A stretch of DNA of 64,000 bases from Candidatus Latescibacterota bacterium (GTDB taxonomy: Bacteria; Latescibacterota; UBA2968): contig OZ240241.1 in assembly GCA_965198115.1 (NCBI GenBank), positions 7,712,001 to 7,776,000 of the forward strand, read 5' to 3'. The translations under genes were made by a program, and so were the position numbers. The notes beneath the pieces are model-generated. The model was not told where the DNA came from, ran no database searches, and saw nothing but the letters and a program-made list of their open reading frames with translations. Of the stretch, positions 31,108 to 41,703 are shown in pieces (the first letter of the stretch is position 1; each line of letters begins with the position of its first letter).

Positions 31108-32256
31108 GTGAAACCACTCTACGTTGCCTGCGTCGCGGCCATCGTCTTGGCCTCATGTGCCGATGAGACTGCCCCGACTTCCGTTTTGGAACCCGGCGAT
31201 GCCGCCGTGAAAGTTGGATTCCTGGTTTCGGGCGACCGGATCACCTATCCGAACGGAGCCAGGATTGCGGTGGACGAAGTCAACGAGCGCGGAGGGCTGC
31301 TGGGTCGCTCCGTCGAACTGGTCATCCAGATGGACCTGCAGGAGGCGGAGGCTGCGGTTCAGGCCGCAGAGACCATGATTCTCACCGATGAGGTCGTTGC
31401 CCTCATTGGCCCCAACCGCTCGTCGCACGCCATCGAGGTAGGGGCCGTGGCCCAGAGCCATGGCGTGCCGATGGTTACGACGGCGGCCACCAACCCAGCC
31501 GTGACTGAAGCTGGCGACCTTGTCTTCATGGCCGCGTTCACCGACCAGTTTCAAGGGCGAGTCATGGCGCAATTCGCCTCGGAGACCCTCGAGGTGACCG
31601 CAGCCGCTGTCCTGACGCAGCAGGGGGAAGTCTATAGCGAGGGGATCGGCGAGTTCTTCATCGACCATTTCGGCGGCCTTGGAGGGACGATCGTCGCCGA
31701 CGAGTCCTACGAGGGCGGTGCGACGGAGTTTACCGCTCAATTGGCGCGCATCGCGGCGGCTACTCCTGGGGCCATGTTTCTCCCGGGTCTGCCGGCAGAA
31801 GTCGCGCTCGTGACCACGCAGTCGCGTGCCCTGCCGCTGCAAGACGGTGCCGGGGAACCGACGCTCTTTCTCGGGGCGGATGCGTGGGACAATCCGACGC
31901 TGCTGGACAGTGACGAAGCCGCCATCGATGGCAGTTTCTTCAGCAGCCATTTTTCGCCGGACACGAACGAGCCAAGCGGACGCGCGTTTGTCGACACGTA
32001 TCAGGGTCTGTACGGGACTGTTCCCACCGGCGGCGATGCGGTGAGCTACGATGCGGTGCGGTTGCTCTTGGAAGCCGCAGAGCGAGCGGGCAGCCTCGAC
32101 GCAGACGCCGTGCGCCAGGAACTGCTGGCTACCGAAGGATACGCCGGGGCAACCCACATCGCCCACTACAACGAACAGCGCCATCCGACAAAAAGCGCGG
32201 TCATTATGGCCATCGAGAACGGCGTGAAGAGGTTCCTTCAGCACGTGGATCCGTAA
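31108..32256 (+). CDS. Branched-chain amino acid ABC substrate-binding lipoprotein (LivK-like)
   Basis: Lipobox LASC, AVDEVNERGGLLGR, IGPNRSS, ATNPAVT, YDAV. Confidence 0.88.
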   Translation: MKPLYVACVAAIVLASCADETAPTSVLEPGDAAVKVGFLVSGDRITYPNGARIAVDEVNERGGLLGRSVELVIQMDLQEAEAAVQAAETMILTDEVVALIGPNRSSHAIEVGAVAQSHGVPMVTTAATNPAVTEAGDLVFMAAFTDQFQGRVMAQFASETLEVTAAAVLTQQGEVYSEGIGEFFIDHFGGLGGTIVADESYEGGATEFTAQLARIAAATPGAMFLPGLPAEVALVTTQSRALPLQDGAGEPTLFLGADAWDNPTLLDSDEAAIDGSFFSSHFSPDTNEPSGRAFVDTYQGLYGTVPTGGDAVSYDAVRLLLEAAERAGSLDADAVRQELLATEGYAGATHIAHYNEQRHPTKSAVIMAIENGVKRFLQHVDP

Positions 32257-32484
32257 GGAGGCGTGCTGGCACTAAGCGCGGGATCTGAGGGATCCTGAGC
32301 CGCTCGCCTTCAGGCATGCCGCCCAGAGCCCGGGTCGGACGGGGTCTGAGTACGGGTTACGGACCCCCAAGGGGGCCCTCCCCGCGGACGAGGGCCCGCA
32401 GGCGGGCGCGAAGAAACGACGCCCATCCTTGATCTTCGGGGCATCACCCAACGAGGCGTCACTAAAGGCCTCTCTTCTACCTTA

Positions 32485-33778
32485 GGGTTCGCGAATAAAT
32501 AAACGGTCGATCTCAATGTTGAGCCATTGGCCGGATCGTGTAGTTCCAGTCGCCGTGGAAATCGTGCGGAGTGAGATCGATTTGGGTCATCTGTTCATCG
32601 GTCACCTTGACCCCGTTAGGGTAGGGTCGCTTGTCGATCTCGGAGCGTACTCGGAGACCGGCTTGAGTGGTCGTTCCGGCAATGAGATTCACGGTTGCAG
32701 CCAGGCTGACCAGGGGCTTGCCTCGCCAGTTCATAGCGATGAAGGAGAACAGGCGATGTTCGATCTTGTTCCACTTACTAGTGCCAGGAGGGTAGTGGCA
32801 TACGGTGATCGTCAGGCCAGTGCGATTCGCAAAGCGCTGCAGCTCCCACTTCCACAGCCGCGTCTTGGCGCCGTTGCTGCCGCCTGCGTCCGCCGTGATT
32901 AGCAGATGCGTCGAAGTGCCGTAGGCGGGCCGTCCCATGTTCTTCCACCAACTTCGGATCGCATTCACGGCGAAGCTGGCCGTGTCGTGATCGATACCGA
33001 CACTTACCCAGCCTTCATCACGGCTCAGATCATACACTCCATAAGGGATCGCCTTGCCCTGAGCAGGCACTATGAAATCGTGTACCTTCACACGCTCCGG
33101 GTCTCCCTTGGGTCGCCATTCTCGGCCAGGATTCTTGAAGTCGCCGATCAACTCTTTCTTCTTGGTGTCCACCGAGATAACGGGAAGGCCCTGCTGCTGC
33201 TGCTGGCTAATCCGATCATCGAGGTAAACGAACTGAGCGTCCCGATCCGGGTGTGCAGATCCCTCCCTTGTCTTCCGATTCGCCTGCAGCGTGTAATCGT
33301 GTTCGTGCAGGAGATTGGCAACGATCCTGGGGCTCACCGAATGCCCCATCGCTTGCAACTCGGCGGCCAGTTTGCGAGTGCTCTTCGATGTCCATCTCAG
33401 AGGATTGTCGTCAGGCGACCCCGCAGTCGTTGGCTCGACCAGATCATTCAGGTCCTGCCACAGCGTCGGGTCCGTGTCGGCCTTCCGCTTACGACCGCCG
33501 CCTGGACGCCGGATGCGAGCCGGGTCCAAAGGTTCGTCCGACCTCAACTCCTGAATGCCACGAAAGATCCGCTCTCTGGACATTCCTGTCGCCAGAGCCA
33601 CAATCGCGATCCCACCGTGACCCAACGCTTCGGCTTCCGTGGCGGCCCACAGACGACGCGTGCGTTCCGTCAGCACCGGAGCCAAGGCTTCATACTTCGT
33701 TCGGAGAGTTTCGACGTCCACACTCCGAGCGTAAGATCATTACCTTGAAAAGTGCAGCACTTATTTCGTGGCAAACCC
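32485..33778 (-). mobile_element. ISAzo13-family element, copy 2, TSD TTA; transposase 32513-33721
   Basis: Same 1294-bp element as copy 1 (RRLWAA vs RRLRAA). Confidence 0.93.
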
Positions 33779-34077
33779 TTAGCGTCTGGATTCACGGGCT
33801 CGCCGGACGCGGCGAGACAGACTTGGCCCGGCCCGTATGAGTCTGCTGACCTCCCCGAAACCGGACCAGCTGGTAGAGGCGAACGCAGGACCGGATCGGG
33901 GAATCCGAACGCGGCGAATGCCCCGAAGTGTCCGAGTTCGTGAAGCACCACCGCGGGGAAGACGATCGCGCCGCCACATGCCCCGGCCAACCACCTGCCG
34001 GATCGGAACCACTCGCCGGGTCGCTGAGGGTGGGTGGTTTCGTCCACAGGTCGTCTTCCGCCCGGCGGGCCGTGCAT
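33779..34077 (-). pseudogene. Membrane protein fragment with HExxH motif, interrupted by ISAzo13
   Basis: VFPAVVLHELGH. Confidence 0.4.
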
Positions 34078-34399
34078 ATCGAATCCTGTCTTGGGAAGAT
34101 TGCGTGGTTGCCCGATGCCGATCTAAACGAATCTCCAGTAGGAGAGCGACAGGGCACGATCGGAGGAGGCGATCATCGTGAACGACCCATTGAACACGGA
34201 AGAGGGAATGGCCGCTTGGGCAACCGGTCAAGCACGTTGCTCCCCTGTGATTCGCCGGCTTCTGTTGAGGCAATTCTAACCAGTTCTTGTAGTATGCCTG
34301 CGCAGATCCAATCCCGATGGGCTCGATTTTGTCGAGCGTGATCTCATAGGCGGTTCGCGGAACTCATCGTGAACAGAGTGCGGCATTGGCCGTTCCTGG

Positions 34400-34738
34400 A
34401 CGCCCGAGCAGCCGTGGGAAGCAGCCCTGGTTCTTGGCTAGCGGCTGCGCATAGGTCAGTCCGAAGACGTTATCCAACAGCCATCGCCGGAACCCCTCGT
34501 TGTCCGTGAACTGTTGAAGAGTTGCATGTCGTCGTTGAGCACGGCAGTCATCACGCGCTTCAGGGCTTCGTCATGCTCGATCCGGGCGTTCTGCCTGTCG
34601 GAGTTCTCCCGGGCGTTGCGGTAGGCGGTGTCCCCCGCAACCTTGGCCGGAATCTCTTCCGTAATGAGGTGCGAACCCGGTCCGCGTCCTCCCAGGGGAT
34701 ATCCCCGAACTGGTCGTTGAAGGTCTTGAGGATGTTCG
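34400..34738 (-). pseudogene. hsdR: Type I restriction subunit R, C-terminal scrap
   Basis: NILKTFNDQFGDIPWEDADRV..EEIPAKVAGDTAYRNARENSDRQNARIEHD..FTDNEGFRRWL. Confidence 0.65.
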
Positions 34739-35189
34739 AGAGGCTTTACGAAGCAGGCAAGAATCTACAGGCAGAAGACGAAATCATTGCCTGGTTTCAA
34801 GAAGACACGATTAATCGATTTGCGATCGTGCGGGCCAAGAGATTCAACAAGGCAGGGAACAGATGGCATCAACTTCGAGAAGCGCTGAAATTAACATTCG
34901 AAGAGCGGTACTGGTCGGCGGTGCCTTTGATTCTGATCGCATGTGACGGCTTCGCCTCGGATGTTCTTGGCACCAGCCCGTTCGAAAAGGACGCCGACCT
35001 TACGGCATTCGACTCGATCACAGGACATTCGAATTCCCTGCCGGCCTTCTTCTCGCCCTCTGTAATCAGGAGCGCTACCGACGTGTCCTGTAGATCAACC
35101 TGATTGCCGCCACTCTTCAGCATGGTTAACGAACGCACCATCCTGCTCATGCTCAAGCTCCCACTTCATTGCCAGAAGCTCACCGATCC

Positions 35190-35275
35190 GGAGACCGGTC
35201 GACGTGTTCAAAGCTGTTGGTTCGATTGAAGAGGATGTCACCAGGAACGAGCCGATATTTGGCTGCGCAAGATGC
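35190..35275 (-). pseudogene. hsdS: Type I specificity subunit scrap
   Basis: KYRLVPGDILFNRTNSFEHV. Confidence 0.55.
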
Positions 35276-35447
35276 TGGTAGACGAGTACCTAGTCGCCGT
35301 TTGATCTTGGATGTCGATGACCTTCTGGCGTGAGGCTGGCCAATGTCATCGGCACTGTATCGCCGCTGCACTCGGACAGATGTCAGATCAAGGAGACCGG
35401 CCGGATCAGCCGGCATGGCCCTGTCCCGCTGAGCATCCCCCTTCACG

Positions 35448-36038
35448 ATGAAGGAAGAGATGATAAGAGACGTCCGGCGTTTTCCGTGGCCGTGCCGGTT
35501 GTTGCTGCTTCTGACGGTGGGTCTGTTTGCCGCCTGCAGTAACAATCCGGTATCCGTCGAGTCGTCCTCTCAGGATTTGAGGGATATCGGCCGGATTGAA
35601 GAGCTCCAGGAGATGTTCAACCGCGATGTTGGTGTATCCCGCCTGATTCTGCTGCTCTCGCCCACGTGAGGGGTTTGCCGGACAGGCGCCAGTTGGGTGC
35701 AAGAGGAGATTCTGGAAAAGAATCGTGCGGCAGAGGTGAAGGTTTACGCGGTCTGGCTTCCGATGATCGCCAGCGATGCCCGGTCGGAGTGGAAAAAGAG
35801 CCTGCTTCCGGACTCGAGGGTGATTCATCTGTGGGATGAGCAGCGGGTTGTGGGACGGTGGTTCGCGGCACAGGGGCGGTATGGGGAAGACGTGGATGTG
35901 GTCTGGGATATTTATTTTCTGTTCGGGCCCGAGGCGCGGTGGGAAGCGCTGCCAGACCCCCTGTTGAGCTGGGGGAGCACGGTTGTGAGGACCCGGGAGC
36001 AGCTCCGGAGGGATTTTCTGGCCCTTTTGGACAGGTAA
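35448..36038 (+). CDS. Putative selenoprotein: thioredoxin-fold lipoprotein with SPT-U-GVC (UxxC)
   Basis: ORFs 35448..35669 and 35697..36038 are in one frame separated only by TGA 35667-35669; GCC-GGACA-GGC hairpin just downstream; lipobox FAAC. Confidence 0.8.
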
Positions 36039-36562
36039 GTGGGAGTTGGCCGAGGCCGGAAACCCGGTAACGGTAAATCCAGCAACGCGACCCGGCCTTG
36101 AGAATCGAGATATCCAGAGCCTGGTCGGCCACTGATTGTCCTACACACACAACCAAGCGTAGGGAACGATCTATGACCTTGTCATTCTATAGTTTCACCG
36201 TTGAGAAACCCGGATAGAGCCATTTATTTGCCGCACTGCACTTACCGATGAAGGGCGACGATCTCGCCGCCGATCTGGCGCTCGAGAAGGTCGATCTGCT
36301 CCTGCAGCGCGGCGGCCATCCCTTCCACATCAGCCGCCGTCTCGTCTGCGATCTGCCTAAGAGCCCGCAGACGCGTGTCCGATTTTTCGTCCTCATCGTT
36401 CGCAATCCCGGCGATGACCTCGATGCGATCCCGGCGGTGCGTGAGCGGAATATCGGACAAGTCAACGCGGAATTCGGCCAAGGCACGGGCTTTTGAACGG
36501 ATCGCCGGCGGCGGTATTACCTGATGTTCCCGGTCTCGACTGCCCGTGTCTTTCTCTCGCGC

Positions 36563-37939
36563 CTACACGTTCTCTATTGGGATAACGAACATCTTCAGCC
36601 CATCGAAGAACTCCGTGCCCATGCGCATTGATTCTGGCGTTTCCTTAAAGGAAGGCATCAATATGGTCTCAAAGCCATTACGATCCTGGGTGTAATTCAC
36701 CAGCAGGCCCCGCGCCTTTCCATAGTAGGCCAGCCCACCTTGAATTAGGCCACAGCACCGCTTGATCACCTCGTTCCTAGAGAATCCTTTGCATGACGAA
36801 AGGATATACAGAAAGTCTGGCTTTGAATCCAAATGTGCTGCCCGATAGACCATTGATTCCTTCGAATTGTCTTCGCTGACCATCTTGACTGCATGAGACA
36901 GCGATGCCCCGAGCCTTCGTCTTTCATCCAGGACTAAGTCGCAAAGCTCATCCTGCATCAAAAGGTAGTTACTTCTGTCGGACGCTGGATCGAACAGATC
37001 GACAATCCACTCATCCAGTCCTTCGTCGTACTTGTCCAGCCTTTCGGACAGATCATTCGACACCCGTTCCAAGGCGCGGCCAAGTAAGTCGGCGCGCCCT
37101 TTCCTGTTGATAAGTTCCTCGACCGCACCTCTTCGTTCGTGAAGTTCTCGCAGGATGTCTTGCATCCCGTCTACCTCACGAGGTGATCCCCCGTAGAGAA
37201 CGAAAAACTCGAAAATGGCCTTCTCGATTCCAACGGTTCGTTGCAGCTCGGGACAGATTGAACAACGTGCGTCCAGATATAGAAGGAGGTCATTGATCGT
37301 TCTCAGTTCGTTCACAATGTTCAAGAAGTCGTTTACGGAGAGATAGGAAACGGGAACCGAATCGATCTCAAGTGGCATGTCCTGGCTGAGAGCTACTTCC
37401 TCCTGTGTTTCGACGACGACTACAGCACGGACGGGTTCGATTTGGTTAGGCTTGAAGGAGACCTGTCCTCGCCTCGGGTGGTTGCACCAAAACTCTCGCG
37501 TCTTGGATGTCTTGATGCCACCCCTCACTTGCCTCAATGCAGCTTCCGCACTCTTCTGTACCCACCAAACGAGTTTGTCTCCGGTCCTTTTTTCAGGGTC
37601 CTGCTGACATTTCATCGAAACGAAGATTCCCCTGTTCCTCAGCGCGAGTAGCAGGTCGACGACCTCCTTGTCTGACTTGACTGTGTACTGGGGACTTCGA
37701 AAGACGTTCTCCCAAGTCAGAGGCACGCTCGCCAGCCGCTCAAGAAACCTTTCGGCTTGATCCGTTCTTTGCACTCTGGAGTCCAATTTAGTAGGCGCTT
37801 CCGTGTGTTGCGTCGCAGCTGCCGATGATGGGCGCTCATAGCGCTCGACAATGACCTCACTAGCTCGCGCCCGCATCTGCGAGGCGTCGTACCAGGCCTT
37901 CATCCGCAGCAGCATGTCCAAGCGAACAAGGGCCGCCAT
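36563..37939 (-). CDS. Hypothetical protein with NERD/PD-(D/E)xK-like N-terminal motif
   Basis: EVVDLLL..IFVSMKCQ..AALRQV; lower GC; true start uncertain. Confidence 0.6.
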   Translation of the reverse strand: MAALVRLDMLLRMKAWYDASQMRARASEVIVERYERPSSAAATQHTEAPTKLDSRVQRTDQAERFLERLASVPLTWENVFRSPQYTVKSDKEVVDLLLALRNRGIFVSMKCQQDPEKRTGDKLVWWVQKSAEAALRQVRGGIKTSKTREFWCNHPRRGQVSFKPNQIEPVRAVVVVETQEEVALSQDMPLEIDSVPVSYLSVNDFLNIVNELRTINDLLLYLDARCSICPELQRTVGIEKAIFEFFVLYGGSPREVDGMQDILRELHERRGAVEELINRKGRADLLGRALERVSNDLSERLDKYDEGLDEWIVDLFDPASDRSNYLLMQDELCDLVLDERRRLGASLSHAVKMVSEDNSKESMVYRAAHLDSKPDFLYILSSCKGFSRNEVIKRCCGLIQGGLAYYGKARGLLVNYTQDRNGFETILMPSFKETPESMRMGTEFFDGLKMFVIPIENV

Positions 37940-37989
37940 GCGCCGCGACGGGCCAACGCCCTAACCATCAGCCTTTAGGTGTGTCTAAC

Positions 37990-40008
37990 TAAACCTTGGT
38001 AAGCCCCCGGCTCTGCCGGGAAGACTCCCAGAGTTTGACAGTTCCAGAAATATGTAAGAGCCTCCCTTGCCGTGGACCGCTCAAAGCACACGGAAGGAAG
38101 GCTCTCTAATGAACAACGTAAGGAGTCTACGTCACACGGTATGGGAGTGGAGCTCAGGTCAATAGGTGTGTAAAAGAAATCAGGCGGCCATCTTCCCGGC
38201 TTCGACCTGCGGTCCGGTTGAGTGTTTCTGATCGTAGACTTGTTGTAGCAAGTGTGGCGCGGTGAGTTTCCTGAATCGGCTCTCTGCGACCTTGAGCGTA
38301 CGCCAGATGAGAGTCGTGGCGTTCCTGACTTTCTTGAATCGCCTGGCGGCGTTTGTGCGAAGCCGAACGGAAGCAAAGGGGCTCTCGACGACGTTCGTGG
38401 TTCTCAGGTGTTTCCAGTGTTCCTTCGGGAAGTCGTAGAACGTGACCATCCGATCCCAGTTTCTTTCGAGCGTCTCCACGGCGGCAGGGAACTGTGAGCG
38501 ATACCGTGCGGCAAAGCGTTTCCGGAGCTTCTCGGCCTCCTTTTTCGTGCCGGCATAGGGGATCTGGACGAGCAGTGCGCGGGCTTCAGCCTGTGCACGC
38601 TTGGCGACCTTGTCGAGCACGTTGAGGATCTTGTGGTTCCAGCACCGTTGTTGCCGGCTCTCTGGCCAGACCTGATCAACGGCCGCCCAGATGCCCATAT
38701 TCCCGTCCGCGGCGATCAGGACAGGATGTTCGAGCCCGCGATCCCGGAGATCCCGGAGCACCGTGAGCCAGGATTCTGTAGACTCTCGATAACCGGGTTC
38801 TATCGCCAGGATCTCCTTGCTGCCGTCGCTCATCGCGCCGATCACGACCAGCAGACACGCCTTCTCGCGCTCGAGCCCGGCTTTGACGTAGATGCCATCA
38901 GCCCAGGCGTAGACCAGTTCGCGATTATCCAGACGCCTTTCTTTCCAGTCCTGGAAGTCGACCTCCCACTTCCCTCGAAGACGAGCGATCGAGGTCGGCG
39001 AAAGCGGCGCGCCATCACCGAGCAGCGCACGCAAAGACAACTCGAAGTCGCCCTGGGAGAGACCGTGGAGATAAAGGTCGGGAAGCAGATCTCCAATGGC
39101 CCTGGTTCTCCGGGCGAACAGGGGGAGGATGCGGCTTTCAAACCGCTCTTCCAGACCACGAACCCGGGGACGCCGGACCTTGATCGTTCCGCAGCTCGTC
39201 GAGAGACGCCGGGGCTTGCCGTAGCCGTTCCTGTAGCCCCTGGAGCTATCGACCTCGGCTCGGCGCTCATACCACGACCGGCCCAAGAACGCGGTCGCCT
39301 CCTCCTCCAGAATGGACTGGAACCGGCCCTGGATCTCTTCACGGATCCAATCGTCAACCGTCTCCCACGTCGGCATGGACTTCAATGGGGCTCTATGCGT
39401 ATGTTCCTTCACGGCGATCCTCCTTCCCAACCGGGCCTCTCACCCGGTTTTGTGTGAATCAACTATCTCACGGGAAGGGTAGGGTCGCCCTTTCTCTTTT
39501 TCCACACCTTTTGATTATAGCTCTGGGAGTGCAAGTATCACGTTGTTTGGGTTCGGAAGTATCGTAGAAAAGTGTTGTATGGTGAAATTCGTCGCTATCT
39601 GGGCGAGGTGATTCGGGATCTGGCCGCACAGAAGGAATGCCGTGTGGAAGAGGGTCACCTGCGATCCGACCATGTGCACATGCTGATTTCGATCCCGCCG
39701 AAGCACTCAGTAGCTCAGACGGTAGGGTTCATCAAAGGAAAGAGTGCGATTCACATTGCTCGGAACTATCTGGGACGCAGGTCGAACTTCACCGGGCAGC
39801 ATTTCTGGGCAAGAGGCTACTGGGTCTCCACCGTTGGCAAGGATGAACAGACGGTTCGGGAGTATATCCAGAACCAGGAGCGGGAGGACCGGCGTCTCGA
39901 CCAGCTCAACATTTTCAGGTAATCGCCACCTTTAGGTGGCGCTTGGTTTCCAACCGCTTTGAGCGGTTCACAAGTTTTCAAGCCTCCGGCTTTGCCGGAG
40001 GTCATGAC
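37990..40008 (+). mobile_element. tnpA: IS200/IS605-family element, copy 2; tnpA (38109-39922) interrupted by IS256
   Basis: MNNVRSLRHTVWE|CKYHVVW..DHVHM; preceded by TAAC, ends TGAC. Confidence 0.92.
38150..39523 (-). mobile_element. IS256-family element A, copy 3, 8-bp TSD TGGGAGTG; transposase 38180-39430
   Basis: TGGGAGTG at 38142-38149 and 39524-39531. Confidence 0.95.
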
Positions 40009-40203
40009 TAACTGTCAGTGCCCCGCTGATCTTAGGCCACCGATTCAGCCCGATAAGCTACTTATCAGAAGAAATTGAGCTGAGTCCCGCGAACAACAAT
40101 GAGCGTCAGGCCTCCAAGACCGCCGAAAATGAGGCGGGCGGGCCAATCGGATGGAAACTGCATTTTAGACATCGGGCTACCCTTCCTTTCTGGGCGCACT
40201 AAC

Positions 40204-41249
40204 CTATGAGCGCAATTTCTTACTGAACGCGCTTGTGCCGAAGTCGAACCAAGGCGGCCGTCGAATTTTGAACCGCGCCTCGCGCACATTGTATTTGGTG
40301 TCGGGTTTGGCTTCGAAGACAACCTGCCTGATGATCGACAGCGCGGCACCGTACGCGTCAACGGCCTTGGACAGCGTCATGTCGCCGCCATACCTCATGA
40401 CAGTCGCGTCGCGTCCGGACGGGATTAGCGCCAGCTTTACGCGATCAATGGCCTCAGCGCCCAGACTCTCTGCCCGATCTGCCAGCTTAGAAAGCTCGTG
40501 GGTATGAGGCGACGTCTGTCCTCTTCGCCAAATGAGAAGCTTCAGCGCCTTCTCCGTGGCCTGCGACGCATCCCACGCGGCCGAGCGCAAGCCGGCTTCG
40601 TTCCGTTCACAGAGATTCCGAGCGCTGCTTTGAAGATCCGCGCGAACCCATCCAGCTAATTCCGCGATGCTGAAATTCTTTTCATGCTCCAATGACCGGA
40701 CGTCGAAGCCGATGCTCCGAACCAGATTTGCGGTCTCCAAAGCCGCTCTCTCCTGAAAACATCCAGCTCTTCGCGTGACAACCTGCGGATCACGCCTCTG
40801 CTCTGAATCCAGCTAAGCGGGTCTTCTTCTGCCTGAACCGATGCCGGAAATCCGATCCAGACCATATTCGGCTCATCGGTGGATGTCTTAAAATCCTTGG
40901 GCACCCGCATGGCGAACGGCGTTCCATGGACAAGCAACATCGACACAAAGACGCCGTCTTCGTCATCATCGACGGCGTCGCCGTAGCGACCGCGATACCA
41001 GTTCTCGATGACGATCAGAATTCGTCCGTGCGCCTCGCTGAGAAGGAATGCCTTGTAGTCGGAAACTTCGAGCATCGTGTCCCGCACGACGTCGAAGGCC
41101 TTCAGTTTGCGGGCCGAAATCGGCACGTTCGCCTGACTAAGCGCTTGGTCGATTTGAGGAAGCGCTTCATGCAGGATCGCAGCGACTTTCTTCCAGTCTC
41201 TTATGTCATCGGCCACAAATATCGCCTTCTCTCGTTCACTAAGCTGCAT
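40204..41249 (-). pseudogene. HEPN-domain protein split by a frameshift near 40745
   Basis: ASQATEKALKLLI..PHTHELSKL..MRYG; N-terminal half from ATG 41249 in another frame. Confidence 0.7.
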
Positions 41250-41357
41250 TGAATGAAGCTCAACAACAGTAAGAAAGAAGCCACACCGGTGACTAGGCTC
41301 GAGGTTCATCGACACCGAGGTCCTGGTATCGCGCGAAGCACGACAAGTAAATATGGG

Positions 41358-41630
41358 AGATTCCCAGGCGGAAGAATGCGTTGGCATGTGCGCCCCAGAG
41401 ATCACCGGTGTCGGCGAGCAGCTCGGTGCAGAGTTCCGCAAATTCGCGCAGCGTGCCGTTGCTCGACGGATGGTCCGGGATGCGTGCCGCGCGTGTTGCG
41501 GCGTGGAGGGTGGCATGGCGATACAGGGAGAGGAAACGACGGTACGGATTGCGCAGGAACGTGAAGGTGAAATAGCCGGGGTAGAGATCGATCAGGCGCG
41601 TGACTTGCCGGATGCGCTCCGCAAGACCAT
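41358..41630 (-). pseudogene. Sulfotransferase-family scrap
   Basis: YFTFTFLRNPYRRFLSLY (3'-PB motif). Confidence 0.55.
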
Positions 41631-41703
41631 AAGCCTTGGTAACCGCTATGAACGCGGCAATATATCTATTTGTAATGTGTAGCGCTACGGGTATACTAAT
41701 CAA

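Noticed and set aside
32340-32460. GC-rich hairpins as a riboswitch
   Set aside because: No recognisable aptamer consensus; hairpins are expected at this GC content
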